The translations under genes were made by a program, and so were the position numbers. Of a stretch of 64,000 bases of DNA, positions 39,311 to 54,050 are shown piece by piece. The stretch is from Hydrolagus colliei. Taxonomy: Eukaryota. Under the pieces are notes generated by a model that did not search any database, had not been told where the DNA came from, and saw only the letters and a list, made by a program, of their open reading frames with translations. The stretch covers positions 6,200,001 to 6,264,000 of the forward strand of contig CM068748.1 of assembly GCA_035084275.1 (NCBI GenBank). The letters run 5' to 3'. How positions within the stretch are numbered: the first letter of the stretch is position 1; the number at the start of each line of letters is the position of its first letter.

Positions 39311-40649
39311 TGTGAACCCGAACAGTTACAGTTGGTAGGCTAGTCAAGCAAGTAACTTTCTCATCTTTAATTGTTTAAAAGGACAACGTTTTCATAAAAT
39401 GACTTTTTGAAACATTGATCACAAGCAATTAAAGGATCACTTCAGGGAAACCACCTACAGATTGTGCGAGTAACTCACCCACACTCAGTATTTTTTTTGC
39501 AATACCTGTATTGTTTTTGCGTAGCAAGATAAATACTCATTTTCAGAGCAGATATTTGGACCTTTATATGACATGAAATGGGTTGTGGGGGCTGAATATT
39601 GTGTTCAGCACTAGGCAACTTCAGGAATGATTCTAACACTGAAGAACAATAATATTTTATTAGCTGACAGTACTTTCACACTTTCCCTGAGATAAAATAG
39701 TCAGAGAAGGCAGTATACTCTGGCAATAAAAGTTTATTGTCAATCATTGCTCAGCTCAGCAATAAAATCAGGCAGTAATTGATTTGATATTCAAGGCTCC
39801 CTATTTCACTGCTGCCATTTTTAGCTACCAAAGTGCTCTGAAATTAACACAATATGATGACAACTGTGTTCATTCTATTATATGTTGTCCATCAAAGAAT
39901 TATAATTTACAAATATTTTTACCTTGACAAGTGCCGAATATTTGGAAAAGCCTTGCAGAAAATAAGATCTGTCTTAGTCATCGGAAGTCTTTCCTTTAAA
40001 TAACAGTCCTGTAGAGCTGTGATTCTGTTGTAACAGTTTCAGATTATGTTATTCAAGTTTAAAATGTGTGAATGCGTCTTTTATCTTTCTTCATCTACTT
40101 ATCCACTCATAATCTGAAACCAACAAAGACAATTTTTGCAATGCTAATCATTGCTTTAGACGGTGTCTCATCTTTCATATCATCTAGATTTGATCCTTTC
40201 TTATACTACTCCAAAGGTGGCATCCATCATATATTTCTCTGTATCTATTCATTTGAACCATTCCTGCAAATCACAGTCTCTGACATTCTTTGATAGGGGA
40301 TATCAAGATTGCAATGAGATAATAAATATCAAAGTACACTATAAGTAATGATTATATTTCAGGATCATATTATACACTTGTTTTGATCACTGCTTGTGGT
40401 TTTTTTGAACATCAAAACCAATGACAGCATACGTTGACAGGGCTGTAAACATCATTCTGATAATTTTGTAACTGACATGTAAGATATTCTTGAAAAATAT
40501 CTCATAAAATGTAGCCTCTCTTGTTGAACTCAAAGACCTTAGTCCTGGATTATTAGTTTCATGATAAATGCTTGAGTTTTTAAATTGAACAGTGGATTAG
40601 CATTGAATACCTATGGACTGGAGTAAGTGGAGAGGGCCTATGCACACAA

Positions 40650-40923
40650 ATATTGCTTCTCTACCATTGGCCATGCCAATGGTGGCTGAAGGCCATGCCT
40701 TCAGCCACCACGCCCCGAAGCTCTGGAAGTCCCTCCCTCAATCCCTTTGCCTCACACCCTCCTTTTCTATTTTCAGGTCACGCCTGAAGACCCTTCTGTT
40801 CGACCGTGCCTATGGTCACCTTCCCTCTCCCCTTAGCTCATCTCCGGGCTCCACTATTGTGTAGTGCTCTGAGATGCCGTCTGGAATGAAGGGCGCTATA
40901 TAAATCCAAGTTGTTGTTGTTGT
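40650..40923 (+). mobile_element. L2 LINE 3' fragment
   Basis: ORF 40613-40864 contains GHAFSHHAPKLWKSLPQSL..SFSIFRSRLKTLLFDRAY; (TTG)n tail. Confidence 0.88.
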
Positions 40924-41419
40924 TCTGTACATGTGCCATTTGATGGATAATCTTATTAAAATTTGAATCTGACTTTAAAAGAGTCCCTTGTGTCTGTGAC
41001 ATTGCTTTGTCTTGTAATAATATGAGTTGCTTGGGAAAAACCAGATGCTCCTTGCAGAGTTCAGAGTTATGCAAAAACTCCTTTTGAAGGCCCAGTTCAC
41101 ACTGAAAGATAGTTCACAGTCTAATGTGTTGCAAAGAGGTAAACACAAAATATGTGAGAAGGAGTAGGGAAAAGAACAGGCATTTTCAGGGCATCTAAAA
41201 AATCAATTTCCAAGTTCAATTCTATGGTTGATTATAAAAAAAACTGTTGATATAAATGTGTTCATTTCAGTATAATAATGTAAGATTTTATGCCAAATAG
41301 TGAAATACTACACCATCACAATGTCAAGAAGGATAGAACTCGTCATGCATTTCCATTTACCAAATTGTTTTTCCCCTATTAATGTGATGCATCGCTCATA
41401 ATATGAAAATAAATCTTAG

Positions 41420-41535
41420 CTTTTTAGAGGAGCAACTCAATTGAGCAACTCAATCCCACTCCCCAGCTCTCTCCCCATAATCGCGCAAACCTGTCCTCCC
41501 CAAATAAACATCTATCTCTCTTTTATAAGTTGCCT
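41420..41535 (-). mobile_element. CR1 3'-end fragment with an internal gagcaactcaat duplication
   Basis: Reverse complement of 24858-24945 (aatcccactccccagctct.tccccataa..gcgcaaacc.gtcctccc). Confidence 0.78.
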
Positions 41536-42049
41536 TTACAGGCAATGTCTTCAACAGTACATTCATTATGTAATTACATGCAGAACCCATTCCATTCTGC
41601 CACGTTAAATGATTCACTGTTTGCAAAATGAATCCACAGCATCACAGTAAAATGGCTCAGAAATGCAACTTCCCTACAATGAAAGAACCACATTGAATAA
41701 TTTGGCCAGTTTCATTCACCAGTTTTTTGTTCTCTGAACTGTTTTCCATAGAGTACAAACAGCCTCTATGTACCTTGCCTAATTGTTCATTCTTGTTATG
41801 GAGGCCTTGGCAATGTTGCCATGCTGATCACCTCTATGGGGTACTGTACCACAAACAAATCAATCATATTTGCATCCAATTTCTAGGTACATGCACTTCC
41901 AGGAGGGGTCACCGTTGCACCCTTTCTGTTGCCCTGGGTGGGATCAATTAACTCAGCACAGAGTAGCAAGATTAAAACGTGCAACATTCTGTATATTCTG
42001 TCCAGACCAATGCCTTCACCTACTGAATCCTGTAATTTTGACACCTTGC

Positions 42050-42421
42050 TTCATTTGAAGTCAAACACAGATTCAGAAGCTTGTGGGTTCAAGCCCCACT
42101 TTGGGATTTCAAACTCACAGTTTGGGCTGACATCAGCGTTCCATTGTCACTAGCTGGGGTGCCATTCTTGAATGAGACATTAAATTGAGGCCGGTTGGAC
42201 TATAAAGTGTTCAAAAAGAGGAGTGTCTCGTGATGTCTTCGCCAACAATTCTCCACCATAAATACGTCATTTCCTTGTGGCTGTTTGTCGAATATTGCAA
42301 CGCACAAATTCACTACTGCATTTCCTTACAAAATATAGTCACTATGCATTACCGAAAAGTCTGTGAGTCTGTTCGAAATGTTTTGATATGTGAAAGCACC
42401 ATACTGTAAGGAAATGTAAGG
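42050..42421 (+). mobile_element. DeuSINE, near full length, old
   Basis: Head tcagaagcttgtgggttcaagccccact; Deu segment ggtgcc..tctt.gaatgagacattaaattgaggcc; ggctgtttgt; tail gtgaaagcacca...aaatgtaagg. Confidence 0.7.
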
Positions 42422-44489
42422 ACGATTAAATATATTTACCAGCATTATATGTTTGCCCCATTATTAAACCATTCTAGTTTTAATGTTAAAAAAACACACG
42501 CACTTATGGTTTCATATCATTTCTGAAATTTCGGCTTCTATTTTCGTACGAAAGATATAATTTCCTATCACACAAACCATTAAATCCTATTATTCAGGCA
42601 AATAATTTCAGATCAAAACGTATGCTAATAAAATGTTTAAGTGTTAAAATCAACTCCTTTATCTGCTTCGGGAAACACATTATCACAACCACCTTGATGT
42701 ACATCAAGCCTCTCATAAAATTAAATTGAAATTTTGAGTAAAGATCTATTATGAATATTATCTCCTACCATTACCAGTAATGGTCATTTGTTACAGATGG
42801 ATACCACAAGCTCACATCAAGATGAGCAGACAACTTTGTTCCTGAATGTTATTAAATTTATCAAATAGATTACAGATTAAACTTATTTTCTGTATTATTA
42901 TTAAATAATGTGGACACTGATGATACCATTTTAAACTACAGTGTGACATTGAATTTAGCACAATAACTTTTGTGTCCATAATAGAATGAAATGAGGAACT
43001 ATAAAATATTCAACTAACATTCAGTCTTGTTTTGACATTTTCTAAATGATTTTATATGCCGGCAAAGAATGTGTTTTTACACATGATTTTAAACAGTTGG
43101 TAATATAGTACTAAACGTTTGTAATATTTTCAGGATGTTATAGAGAGCATTGCAGCAAGAAAACTATTGGGATTAATTGTAAAGGAAATTACAGAACACT
43201 TTTACTATTTTTCTGCAGCGCACTGTTAATTTTAACATTACACTTTTTAATTTGGGTTTAAGTAAATTCCAGAAGGAAACACCATGAATAAGAAGATTAA
43301 ACAGTGGCAATCTGACTCTTATGGGTCTGCGACCATTGAAACAAAAGATAATCTGCCAATAACCCATACTACTCATTTTGCTTTGGTTTAAAAAGAGAAA
43401 GAGAACACATACTCCAAATAATTGTAGAGTTTTACTATGGGAACTGGACATATTGGACTTTTGTGAAGCTGACATTCAGATTCTGAAAAGACAAATCATC
43501 CAAGAGTATCGCCAGAAAACACACAGTGTTCACCCTCACATAGTTTCTACACAGAAGCTTTCCTGCATGTTGGATAATTTTGTTTTGAGCTGCCGAAAGG
43601 CAAAATTTCTCACCTGTTTGCTCATTGGATAGTGACCAAATTCTTTCCTTATGAAGTGCCTGGCTCTCATTCCCTAGGGATTTGTACAGATTTTCTCTTA
43701 TTTTCTCCTGCCTTACCTTTTCACTCGCTCACTAATACTTTCTGAATCCAACGGGTGGATGCCTTTACTCATCAACTTTCTTACTTAAGAACGAGGCAGA
43801 TGCATTTAAGCTGCATGAGTTTGCATAATGTAGTATCAGGTACTTCTATAATCCTTAAAGAAATGGTGAGGCTCATTTGTTGGTTCAGCTTTCCAGCATT
43901 GGATAACGATAGTTACTGTGGACACATTGATAACCTGGCAATTAGTGCGGAATGTATGCCATAGTGGTATATGCTTCCTATACCAAAAAGGGTTCTCCAT
44001 ACTCTTTCTAATCCTAAAACACATTTTTGATCTTTCAATCCTTTCATTGCAGGTACAGGGGAGAGATGATTCCCTCAAAGCCTTAGTACAGGTATTATGG
44101 TTGAACTCAAAGATTTCTCCTCTTAGATGCTGTTCCTGACAAAGTGTTTGAGAGTAGCTAAAGACTAGATACTGATGTCACACAAGGCAGAATTCTGAGA
44201 CAAAGCACACAAATGCTGCTTCTACGATTTTAAATCAAATTCTCATTGGTATTTCAAACTAAAAGGTCCAAAAAAAATTAATCCATATCAGGTGGCAGAC
44301 GTTTTGTTGCACACTATTCTCTAAGAATGTCTGGAGATATACAGCATTTCAAAACACATTTGATGTGATCATCATGACACTGAAATTTCACTAATTTATC
44401 TATCAATTGATAAAGTGTCTTAAGTAAAACAAAATATTTGTTGGAATACAATCATTCTTATTACTATCTCTCTCTTTTGTTCTGAAGGT

Positions 44490-44858
44490 GCCTTCTCCCA
44501 CCTCCACCACAATATCTGCCTCTGCCACTATCTCCCTTCAGGCTGCTGAAACCCTCATCCAAGCATTCATTATGTCCCGGCTTGATTACACTAAACTCTC
44601 TGCTCATCAGTGTTCACAACTCTTCTCTCTACAAGATGCAGATTATTTGGAACTCTACAGTCCCTCTGCCTCATCCCATCCCTTCCCTCCTTCAAGGCCA
44701 TCTCAATACCTTTGTTTTCGAACACGCCTTCATTCATCCTCACTACTACCCCCTTGCCTTCCACTCCTCTCTGACCCCAATCAGCAACTCAAGTACAAAC
44801 CCCTCATTATCCAGCGCCTTGGGATGTACTCCCGACGTGAAAGGTATAAGTGCAATTT
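44490..44858 (+). mobile_element. L2 LINE 3' fragment with internal deletions
   Basis: AAETLIQAFIMSRLDY in ORF 44488-44952; tail cagcgccttgggatgtactcccgacgtgaaagg. Confidence 0.85.
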
Positions 44859-45949
44859 CCCAACAATTTCGATAGTCAAAATTAAACTTAGATTTCTAAA
44901 AGGAAAGTTGACCTCAGGATTTCCATATCTTAACAGTACAAATAGACTTTGAAGAAAGCTCTCTCAGCATATTCCTTTGGGCTGGAGGATTTTAAAAAAA
45001 CTGATGCCATTAAAATATATCTGATGCTGTGTCAGTACTTGTATTGTCTTCTGTCATTTGTTCCATCTCAGAATCTAATAGATGATTTCAAGTTGTAGGC
45101 AGTATTCAGTCAACTTCTTAAGTACAAGAAATCTACATAAAGTGAGTGTGTCTACCAATACAATTCTGCCACGGATGGAACAGGTGCTTGTTTGATCATG
45201 GATCATAATAAAAGCAGACAGAAACTAGCACACACAATTCAAAATGAAGCACATTTAGATAGGCATATGAGAATATACATTTTCTAATCCAAACTCTACA
45301 ATCGACACTTTAGAGGAATATTACATATACAACCAACAAAACCATAATCTCACTGGTAGTTAATAGATTTATCTATAGATTTCATTTTTTAAAAATCATT
45401 GAAATATGTCAAAAATTGTCAATGTCACCATCTTCCTATACTTCTTATACCTAGAACTGCATTTCATTCATTGAAAAAGGACATCACCAAAAGCACATAC
45501 TCACATAAAAAGCTGCCGTGAGCTTTGTTTTCAGTGACACTTGTCAGCTAGAGGTTGTTTAGTGTGCTGAAGAGTATAGAAATAGCCCTGGAGAAAGACA
45601 GCATGTTTGGAGGAGAGTGCGCAATGTAATAATTGCAAGGAAAATGCAGTATACGTGAGAAAACTAATAGAAAATGACAAATCATTTGGTTCTGTAACGC
45701 AGACAGACTTCAGAAAACAACTGTAGGTATATGAGAATACTGTAACAGCAATGTGGTGCTATGACAAACTAACAATCATATGGAGTTCAAGCAAATGTAA
45801 AATAAATTGCTGTCAATCCAAATCAATTAGTACAATATGTAGTGTAGTTGATGCTATCCTGCTTGAAAGGCACCTTACAAATGCAACTTGTTGTTGTGAA
45901 CATTAATTACATACGCACCTTGATTATAACAGTTTGCAAGCTATTTGAC

Positions 45950-46470
45950 TATGGACATAAATCAGCTAAGCCTGATCCTGTCTATGTAACTCCAAGAAAA
46001 GCCACTGGATAGCAATTAGTATGTTCACTCATTACGCTTGCAGAATATTGCAGACCATAGTATGCCCAGGCTGAGATCACACAGAACATCTAATGCATCT
46101 TTGTATGACTCATTTCTTTTAGTGTGCCCAATTATTTTTCTAATTTCCTCCCCACTGGCACATGCTATTCTGGCACACCTTTATTCTCCTGGTCTGACCT
46201 CCTGCTACTGGTTGGTTTCACACACACTGGTTTCCTTCAGTACCCCACCCAAGTGGCTATTATTTGTTTGTGAGCCTTGGCAGTGTCAGCAGGCAACTTG
46301 ACTGTGGAAGGCATCAGAGCTCTCCCCACCTGGCTGACACACGCAGGCAGCCTGGGAAAGTTTAGTCTCCCATGCAGTCCTGGATGATATCAGCAAACTC
46401 GGCATGGCCTGGGAATTGCATCAGCAAACTCCTGATCCACAAGCTGCTTTATCCGCTAGGCCATTGGGAG
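45950..46470 (-). mobile_element. SINE family B, two adjacent decayed copies
   Basis: cagctaagcctgatcctgtc...ccactggatagcaattag...ggctgagatca, then cccaagtggcta..gtgagccttggcagtg.cagcaggc..ttgactgtggaaggcatca. Confidence 0.55.
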
Positions 46471-46794
46471 CCCTGGCTGTATTCCTATTTACTGTTAAAC
46501 TAAACTAAAGAAACTAAACTAAAAATGGACCTAGAAACAATTATAATAAAATGATAACATAATGAAACGCATTCATCCCGGAAAAAAAGATTCTGTAGAT
46601 AGTTAGTCAAGTTAGGAGTTGGCATTCTTGAAAAATAAGTTATTTAAATAATAGTTTTAAATACCAATAACAAAATTGCCAGAGCATTCAATGTTCCATT
46701 ATGCTAAATGTGAGATGTATGCAATTTTACTGCTATTAATAAGATTTCAACAGCTAATAGCAACACACTTGCAGTAAGGTGCTGTTCAAAATAC

Positions 46795-47080
46795 TACTAC
46801 TACTAGCTGCTACTAATAATAATCCTTGCATTTGATATAGAGCTTTATCACGTCTTTGAAACGTATCAAAGCGTTTCACAGAATATACTGTACTGTGATT
46901 TGAATTGACTGTATATTTTGTAGGCAAAACATGGTAGCCTATTGCGCACAGCAAAATCCCCAAACGGTTGTGCAGTAATCAAATTATCATTATTTAATTT
47001 TTTTTAGGGATTATTGCCCCCAGAAAAGTGATCTGCCAATTGACTAACAACAGGATTCCTATTTACTGCTTGGTAACAAG
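46795..47080 (-). mobile_element. SINE family A, 5'-truncated
   Basis: taataataatccttgcatttgatatagagctttatcacg...ccaattgactaacaacaggattcctatttactgct; compare 21430-21690. Confidence 0.8.
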
Positions 47081-49962
47081 TAGGCAGCAAGTAAACTGAT
47101 GAAAAGCAAAAGTCAATGAATACACCATACAAGAGGCCAGAATAATTCTAAAGAAGTAACCTTGAGATTGTGAAGATGGTGGACCTTAAATTAGTGGCAG
47201 ATAGTTTCTATTTATATAGCACATAGTTTGCTATACACAGCAATCTATTGCAATATACTCTATACACAATCAAAGCAGAACTGAAACCTGGATGCCAAAT
47301 TGAGGACTAATGACTGTAAGTATGCCATTTGAAAATAATAGCACTCAGTTGCAGAACTCACTGAAATCATCTGACAACTGGCTGCTCAGGGGCAAGAAAC
47401 AGGAAACCTGACAATGAAGTGGTTCAATTACTTCCTTCATTAATTAATCACACAGAGACCATTTGAGACTAACACAAATATAGCAGAATTAAATTAATCA
47501 CTACCTGTATGAAAATAATGACATTAAAGTGCCTGCAAAATATCCTAAATTACAGTATGCCCTCTATATACTGTACCAAGCTTGCCTTCCTCTCCCTTAT
47601 GATACATCTGCCGATTCTGCAAGATCTTTGCTCTCATGTAAAAACTCTGATTCACTTCTCTCACCACTATAGTTATACAGTAGTTTCAAATCTCAACCTT
47701 TTTTAAGATTACTCATGCCGATCCATCCATCAATTACCTATGTTCTCCATTGTGCAGTGCTGCAATTTTAACATGGTACAATATTCAGCAGTTAACTTGT
47801 CCCTTTCCTTCAATTTTCATGAAAATAATGTATTTTAATGCTACGTTCTGAAGAACAGGGGACTCAGAGAAGCTCTATACACAGGCGAATTGTCCAAAAG
47901 CATAATCTCCCAATTTTCCTCGTCAGGTCAACAACTACAGGCATATTTTACACCGTAACTTTTTACACCTAAATTGCAGTTTTAAAAAGAGAATTATAAC
48001 CTAACACAAGTTAAATGAAACATTGACAGCCTTGTTATTTGTGTGATTTCATTGCAAAAATCTCAAAACGTCTGCTTGCAAATGCAAAAGTGAATTGCAA
48101 CCTGTTGGACAACACCTGCACCCCAGGAACATTTATTCCTGAAATGAACAAATTGGTGTTGTTTTTAGCACATCAGATTTATCGTAAAGCAGCTACCATC
48201 TCTCTCATCAATGCTGGTTGCTCATGTTTGGTGAATGTGTACAGTATTCTGTGGTGCTGTATGTTCTAATTGGTTATGGTACAAGTGATTGAGAGAAGAA
48301 ATAGCCAATGACAGAGGTATAGATGGAGATAGATTGAAAAGCCACTCAGTGTGTTTTACTCTCTGGGCAAAATGACAGACTGAATGCAATTTGATTTCAC
48401 AATTGCTTACTTTTTATCAAATATAATTAGAAATCACTAAAAGCGCAATAATTCTGTAACTTGATGCTTTAATGTATCATCATTACTGTCTATCATCTGA
48501 AAATTAAAATGAAGAAGCTAAAACACTGTGCAATTTTAGGTTTAGGACATGATTAGGAAGTGCAACATTGCTGTTTATATAACTCATGATGACACATCAG
48601 TTAAATTTCAATATGGTTTAAAATGACTTTTTTTTTCCCATTCAGAAGGTTTACCATTAAAGCGTCACAGCAACAAATTACTGGAACTACAACAAAACCT
48701 TTCTGTGCAGATGATTCATTTATGACTTTCCAATCCCTTTTCTTTGGACTTGAAAGTATTTGAGGTGTATAAATTAGGGCCGTGGAGTCAACTGTGACAC
48801 CAACCAAATTTCTCATTGGCCCCAGGAGGGAAACTGAGGACTGAGGAATTATCATTGTCAGTACAATTTAATCTCTAGGGCCCAAACCCCTCAGATAGCT
48901 TATACCAATTGCTGACATCTCTCCCTTTCTTCACATGTGAAATAGGCATTTGCTCATCCAAATAGACAAATGTATGCAACACTGAAGAATCACATCCTTA
49001 GCTTCAGTCAATGCAGTAAAGAAAGCAAACCACACAAGGGAAAATCATTTTAACTTGATAGATAAATGCCAATCGACAAATGTACATTATTGCCAAGACA
49101 GAGTTTCTTTAACCTAACTTGTTCTAAGTGAAATTCACAATAAAGTAGCATTTCTCCATTTTCGTTGTAACGCACTAAATGGCAACTGGTAAACTAAACC
49201 ACATAAATATTAAACACTTGCACATACAGAAACAGCTCATCTCAGAGAGGACTTGTGAAGGGAAATGGAAGATGAAACATCCCAAATTCCATGACGTTTA
49301 AAATAACTGTGCCAAGCAAAGCATGGTCTGCTGCTGTCCTCTGCAATAATGTATGATGATGTGGTTTTGAACGATTTACTGGTCCACATGAAGGATTCTT
49401 TAATGCTTTATTTCCGTTGGTCTAATTTAATTCTAGGCTTTACACCGAAGGCTTCTAAAATTATGCTGATATAAAATCTCCAGTGTAAATGGTTGGTTCC
49501 AAAGTGCCTAAAGAGCTAATTACAGAGCCAAAGCCGGTACTTGTTTAGTTTGTTTCATAGTTCCATTTGCATGTCACAGAAGGTTATATTGATACATCCG
49601 TTGAAGTAATACAAAACCTGTAAGTGCTTTGAATGCAGGTTATATCAGGTACTTAAGTGAATTTTTGCATTTATTTCAGCAATATAATGTACATAGCCAA
49701 ACATTTTGATATAATTTTTGACTATAATTAAATGATCACAGAATGTCATCTAACAGCACCTTAGTGAAAAAATTATAATGCTGCAAACGTTTATGCTTAA
49801 TTAATGTAAACTACAATACTATCTAATGAAACCTAATGTAGCTGATGGATAAATCTAATGTAAATTATTTTAAAACAAATAGTCTTAGTACCTTAAATAT
49901 AAATGCTGCAAATGTCACTATTTGAAAGAAGCAGGTTACACTGATTTGGGAAATTTCTTCCT

Positions 49963-50358
49963 CAACAACAAAAACAACAAAATTACATTTGTATAGCACC
50001 TTTCACATTGGGAGCGGACTTGAAGGAGGCGAGGGAGGGGGCGAGGCGGAGGAACTGCGGGATGGAATTCCAGAGGTTGGGGGCAGAGTGGTTGAAGGCT
50101 CGCGCGCCGATGGTGAGGCAGGTGGGTCGGAGGCCATGGAACAAGCTGGAGCCCACTGAGTGGAGGGAGCAGGCACGTTGATAGGCAGTTAGGAGGTCAC
50201 AAATGGGGCAAGGCAATGGAGGACTTCAAGGTGAGGACCAGAATCTTGAATTGAATCCACTGGTTGATGGGGAACCAATGGAGTCAGGCAAGAATGGGGG
50301 AGATGGGCTCGCGGAGCTTGGTGCGGGAGAGTACACTGGCTGCAGAGTTCTGGATGAT
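49963..50358 (-). mobile_element. L2 LINE 3' fragment
   Basis: ORF 49983-50216(-) reads YQRACSLHS..TIGARAFNHSAPNLWNSIPQFL..SLASFK; (CAA)n at 49963-49980. Confidence 0.9.
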
Positions 50359-51356
50359 CTGCTGGATGATTCCTCAACTGCTGTTTTTACAGGAACATAT
50401 GACATTGGTTCTATGCGAGCTGCAGCTAGGAAGATTGCAGGCAAATAAACAGAATATTTTCCACATGACCACACTGTACCTAACTTCCATACATTTACAT
50501 AATTGTGTGAATTAAAAATTATTCCTAACCAGGCTTGTGAGCAACTCCAGCAGCTTACTAATAAATTCTGTAATAGAACCGTTCTAGTTGCTTATTTAGT
50601 ATTTGGATAAGTTCTGATGAAGTGGAAATGTGGAATAAGCTGTAAAAAAAACATTATATTCCATAGCAACTAGTAATTGCACTGTTCTGTATTGTTAACC
50701 AATTTTGAATGTGGATGAAATCTGAGGTTGTCTGCATGCACAGTTGGCAGCACATCAGTTTGGTGTTAGAAGCTGCCATTATTTTAGCATTTATCATAAA
50801 TCATGGAGCTTCAGTGTTTCAAGATGCTATGCCATGTGAAGATTGCTATCCAAATGCAAGTTGTTGTTGCTAAACTGAGTTTAGAGAAACATCAAGGCTC
50901 TATATCAAATGTAAGGATTATTATTATGGCTATGCTATGTTGATCCCCGGAGGATGTACTGAACTTATATTTATTGAAAGATTGCAGGAAATTGCATAAA
51001 TTACTTAGATGTTATGTTCTCAGTGTCAAAATGGAGACCTCGGGAGTAAAATAATGCTTTTAGCATTTCCTGAGAAACTTCTCAAATCCTTTACAAAGTT
51101 TCACTGTTGTTGTTTATCGTGAACTGATATTTTCTGCAAGGAAACTTTGGTTTAATGAGTACCCCCAGGAAGAAAATGAAAAAACCCAGCAATAACCTAA
51201 GATGATGGATGTTAGGGTCTGGATAAACATAATTCAGCTATTTTAGTTATTTACTTTTAGAGGAACACTCTTCATAGGAAAATGTTTGACACACTCTTTT
51301 CAGCAAGGCATACAATGAGAAAATAAGAGGCACCTAACTTTGTACAGTTTTATGTA

Positions 51357-51650
51357 TTCCTCCCAGTCTCCCGCTTGACCGGCCCTACCATCGGTGGCCG
51401 GGTTTTCAACTTCTCTGCCCCCATACTCTGAAACTCCTTCCCATAGTCCCCTCACCTCACTTTCTACTTTGCCTCCTTCAAGGCTGGTCTCAAGACCCTC
51501 CTTTTCAATCGTGCCTTCTGCTATCCTCCCACCTGTCTCTCTCCCTGCGCCCCTACTATGCCTCTCTCCCGTGCTTGGGTCCCGACCCCTGACTGTTTAG
51601 TGCCTTGGGACGTCCTCCTGACCACCAGAAAGGTGGTCTACAAATGTAAT
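51357..51650 (+). mobile_element. L2 LINE 3' fragment
   Basis: ccatcggtggccgggttttca...ctccttcaaggctggtctcaagaccctcct...agtgccttgggacgtcctcc aligns with 2765-3035. Confidence 0.88.
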
Positions 51651-53894
51651 ACAAATATTACACTATTTTTCAATCTGAATAGATATCTTTGCCTTTAAAA
51701 ATACAGCTACTCTCCACTACAGCTACTGAATCCTGTGAAGCAATTTTTCCTTAGGAAGTAAGGCATCTCTCTTATTTTCTCACGATATACAAAGCACTAT
51801 GTGAAATGCAAAGATTATTGTATTACCTTAACACAAGTATCAGCCCACAAATCAATGCCTTCTATTTTCTAAGTGCCTGGATATGATCAGATAACAATAT
51901 AAATTTAGTTACTCACAATTTTATCTCTTAGCAGTAGCTGTATCTCTAACAGCAAACTAAATGCGCCCTTTCAGCAGGATTTTACGTGTAGTTTTGTTAA
52001 TTTTTTCTAAAAATATTTCAACGCTACTTTCTGAATAAAGCAATGTTGTTGCATGGTAGGCATGTTAGGAAATGAGTTAGACACTGTTTGCAAGATCCTG
52101 CAGCACTATTCCTTACATAAACCCAGCAATATTATTGCTAAAATTAACCAAAGGAACATTGGGCCTATAGTTTTTAATGAGACTTAACTTGATCCTGAAA
52201 ATATGAATTGGAAAACTAATGGCATCCTCTATATGTAAACTAACTCAGGATATTGATCCAAATTGATGATAAATGTAGAGGTAAGATACTTCTGCATGTT
52301 AAGGATGCTCACAATGTTTACAATCAGACCCAGTTTAATTGGATGTAGACTGGCACTAAAAATGTCCCAGGGGAATCTAAACATAAAGTGTTAAACTGAC
52401 AAGTGAACCTCTTGCTATTTCTCAGTGGTAACGCTGAGAGAGTGATCCCAAAGTAACCACCCAAAAACCATTCACCTGGAAGAAATTAATTTGATGGAAT
52501 CTCATTGGGTTGACAAATCAACTGCAGTTCACTTTTGCCAATTCGGATTATTCTTTTAAACACTAAGAGTCGGAAACGGTCAGAATGATCAATAGGATTC
52601 TGGTAAAAATTAAGGTTCTCAAACGGGCTAAGGTGCATGTCCTACTTAAGGAAGTAAATTGATACATTTATCAAGATACAACATCTAGCTTACCCAGAAT
52701 GACAAAGTGAGCTATCCCAAGAGAATTCATATGCATTAATAATACAGGAGAAAGTTTGGATGTATAATCCCTTTTCGTATTTTTTTATTAAATGAGATAA
52801 TGTGTTTAAGAATGACAAAGTACAATATGATCATCTGTCCATGTGTATTTTTATGGGATGAACACATAGTATTTGTGAGAGTGTGCTGCTCCCTTAGTGG
52901 ATGATGATAACTGACAACAATGTGTTGTTTAGTAAGATAATTAAATACTGTATTGTATTCATACACAAGAAAAACTAATATCACTAATTCAAAAAGCTAC
53001 AAGGCTTGATTACAGAATGGTGGCAATGAGTACAATACTATTAAATCATACAATTACATTTTCAATTCTTTTGAACAAAGTTTAAATGTTATTATTGAGA
53101 AGCTAGTGTGCTTGTCAACAGCCTATGTGTCAAACATCTGTAAACGAATAATATGATGGAGAATGCAGAAATTGTAAAGTCAATCATGTATTGAAAGGCA
53201 GGACATGTTGAATGAGGAGCAAGTACAATGTGTCAAACACACAGCAAGCTGCAAATATGTGAAATATAAATTTAAAATACTGCATGGGATTAAAAATGGG
53301 AAATTGTAAGGACGCTATAGTAAGACTGCTGCTTGTAGAAGAAGACAAGAACTTTTATGTACATCTAGCTTGCCTGATACAGTCATTATATTGAAAAGCA
53401 ACTACTTTTAAAGCATTTTGAGACATTTTGATACACCAAAAAGCTCATGGGGAAGATCAATCAAACACAGATACAGTATTTGACTTTTGACACCACCATG
53501 TTAAAAAACAGGATAAAACAAGGAAATTGACAATATTGATTGGATTCAACAACATTTATTTAGTGGCCTTCATGCAGGATACTATACTGAAAATGCAGAA
53601 TCTTAGATCAATTGAGGTGAGGAAATACAGTCCCCAACTTCACAATTTCCATTGTCTAAAATTATAATTGGCTTCATACAGATAAGTTGACTATGTACTC
53701 CCATGACTTTCAAAATCAGCTCTGGTAACCTTTGCTATTGCTCACAGGTCCAGAATAAAATGTCACGCTAAACTATATGTTAAATTGAAAGGTTGTCAAT
53801 TTTACACTTCTTATTAATACGATAGTCAGAATATTCCATTCTTATTTCCTTATTTTAGTCACAATGAGAATAGTTGTATTGTATAATCCCTAAA

Positions 53895-54050
53895 ATACTA
53901 ATCCTTACCTTATCCTTGTGATATATTTGTTATATCACATTGGGAGGATGCCTCAAAGCACTTCACAGGATTTACTGTAAAGTGTAGTGACTGTGTGTAT
54001 TTCATAGGCAAATGTGGTAGTCAATGTTTACACAGCACATAGTCCCTCAA
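53895..54050 (-). mobile_element. SINE (family A/Deu) 3' tail
   Basis: cctcaaagcacttcacagg..tactgtaaagtgtagtgactgt...ggcaaatgtggtag..aat. Confidence 0.6.

Noticed and set aside
50611-50635. agttctgatgaagtggaaatgt as a second hammerhead
   Set aside because: CTGATGA and GAAA are present but no helix II can form, and the rest of the element is missing.
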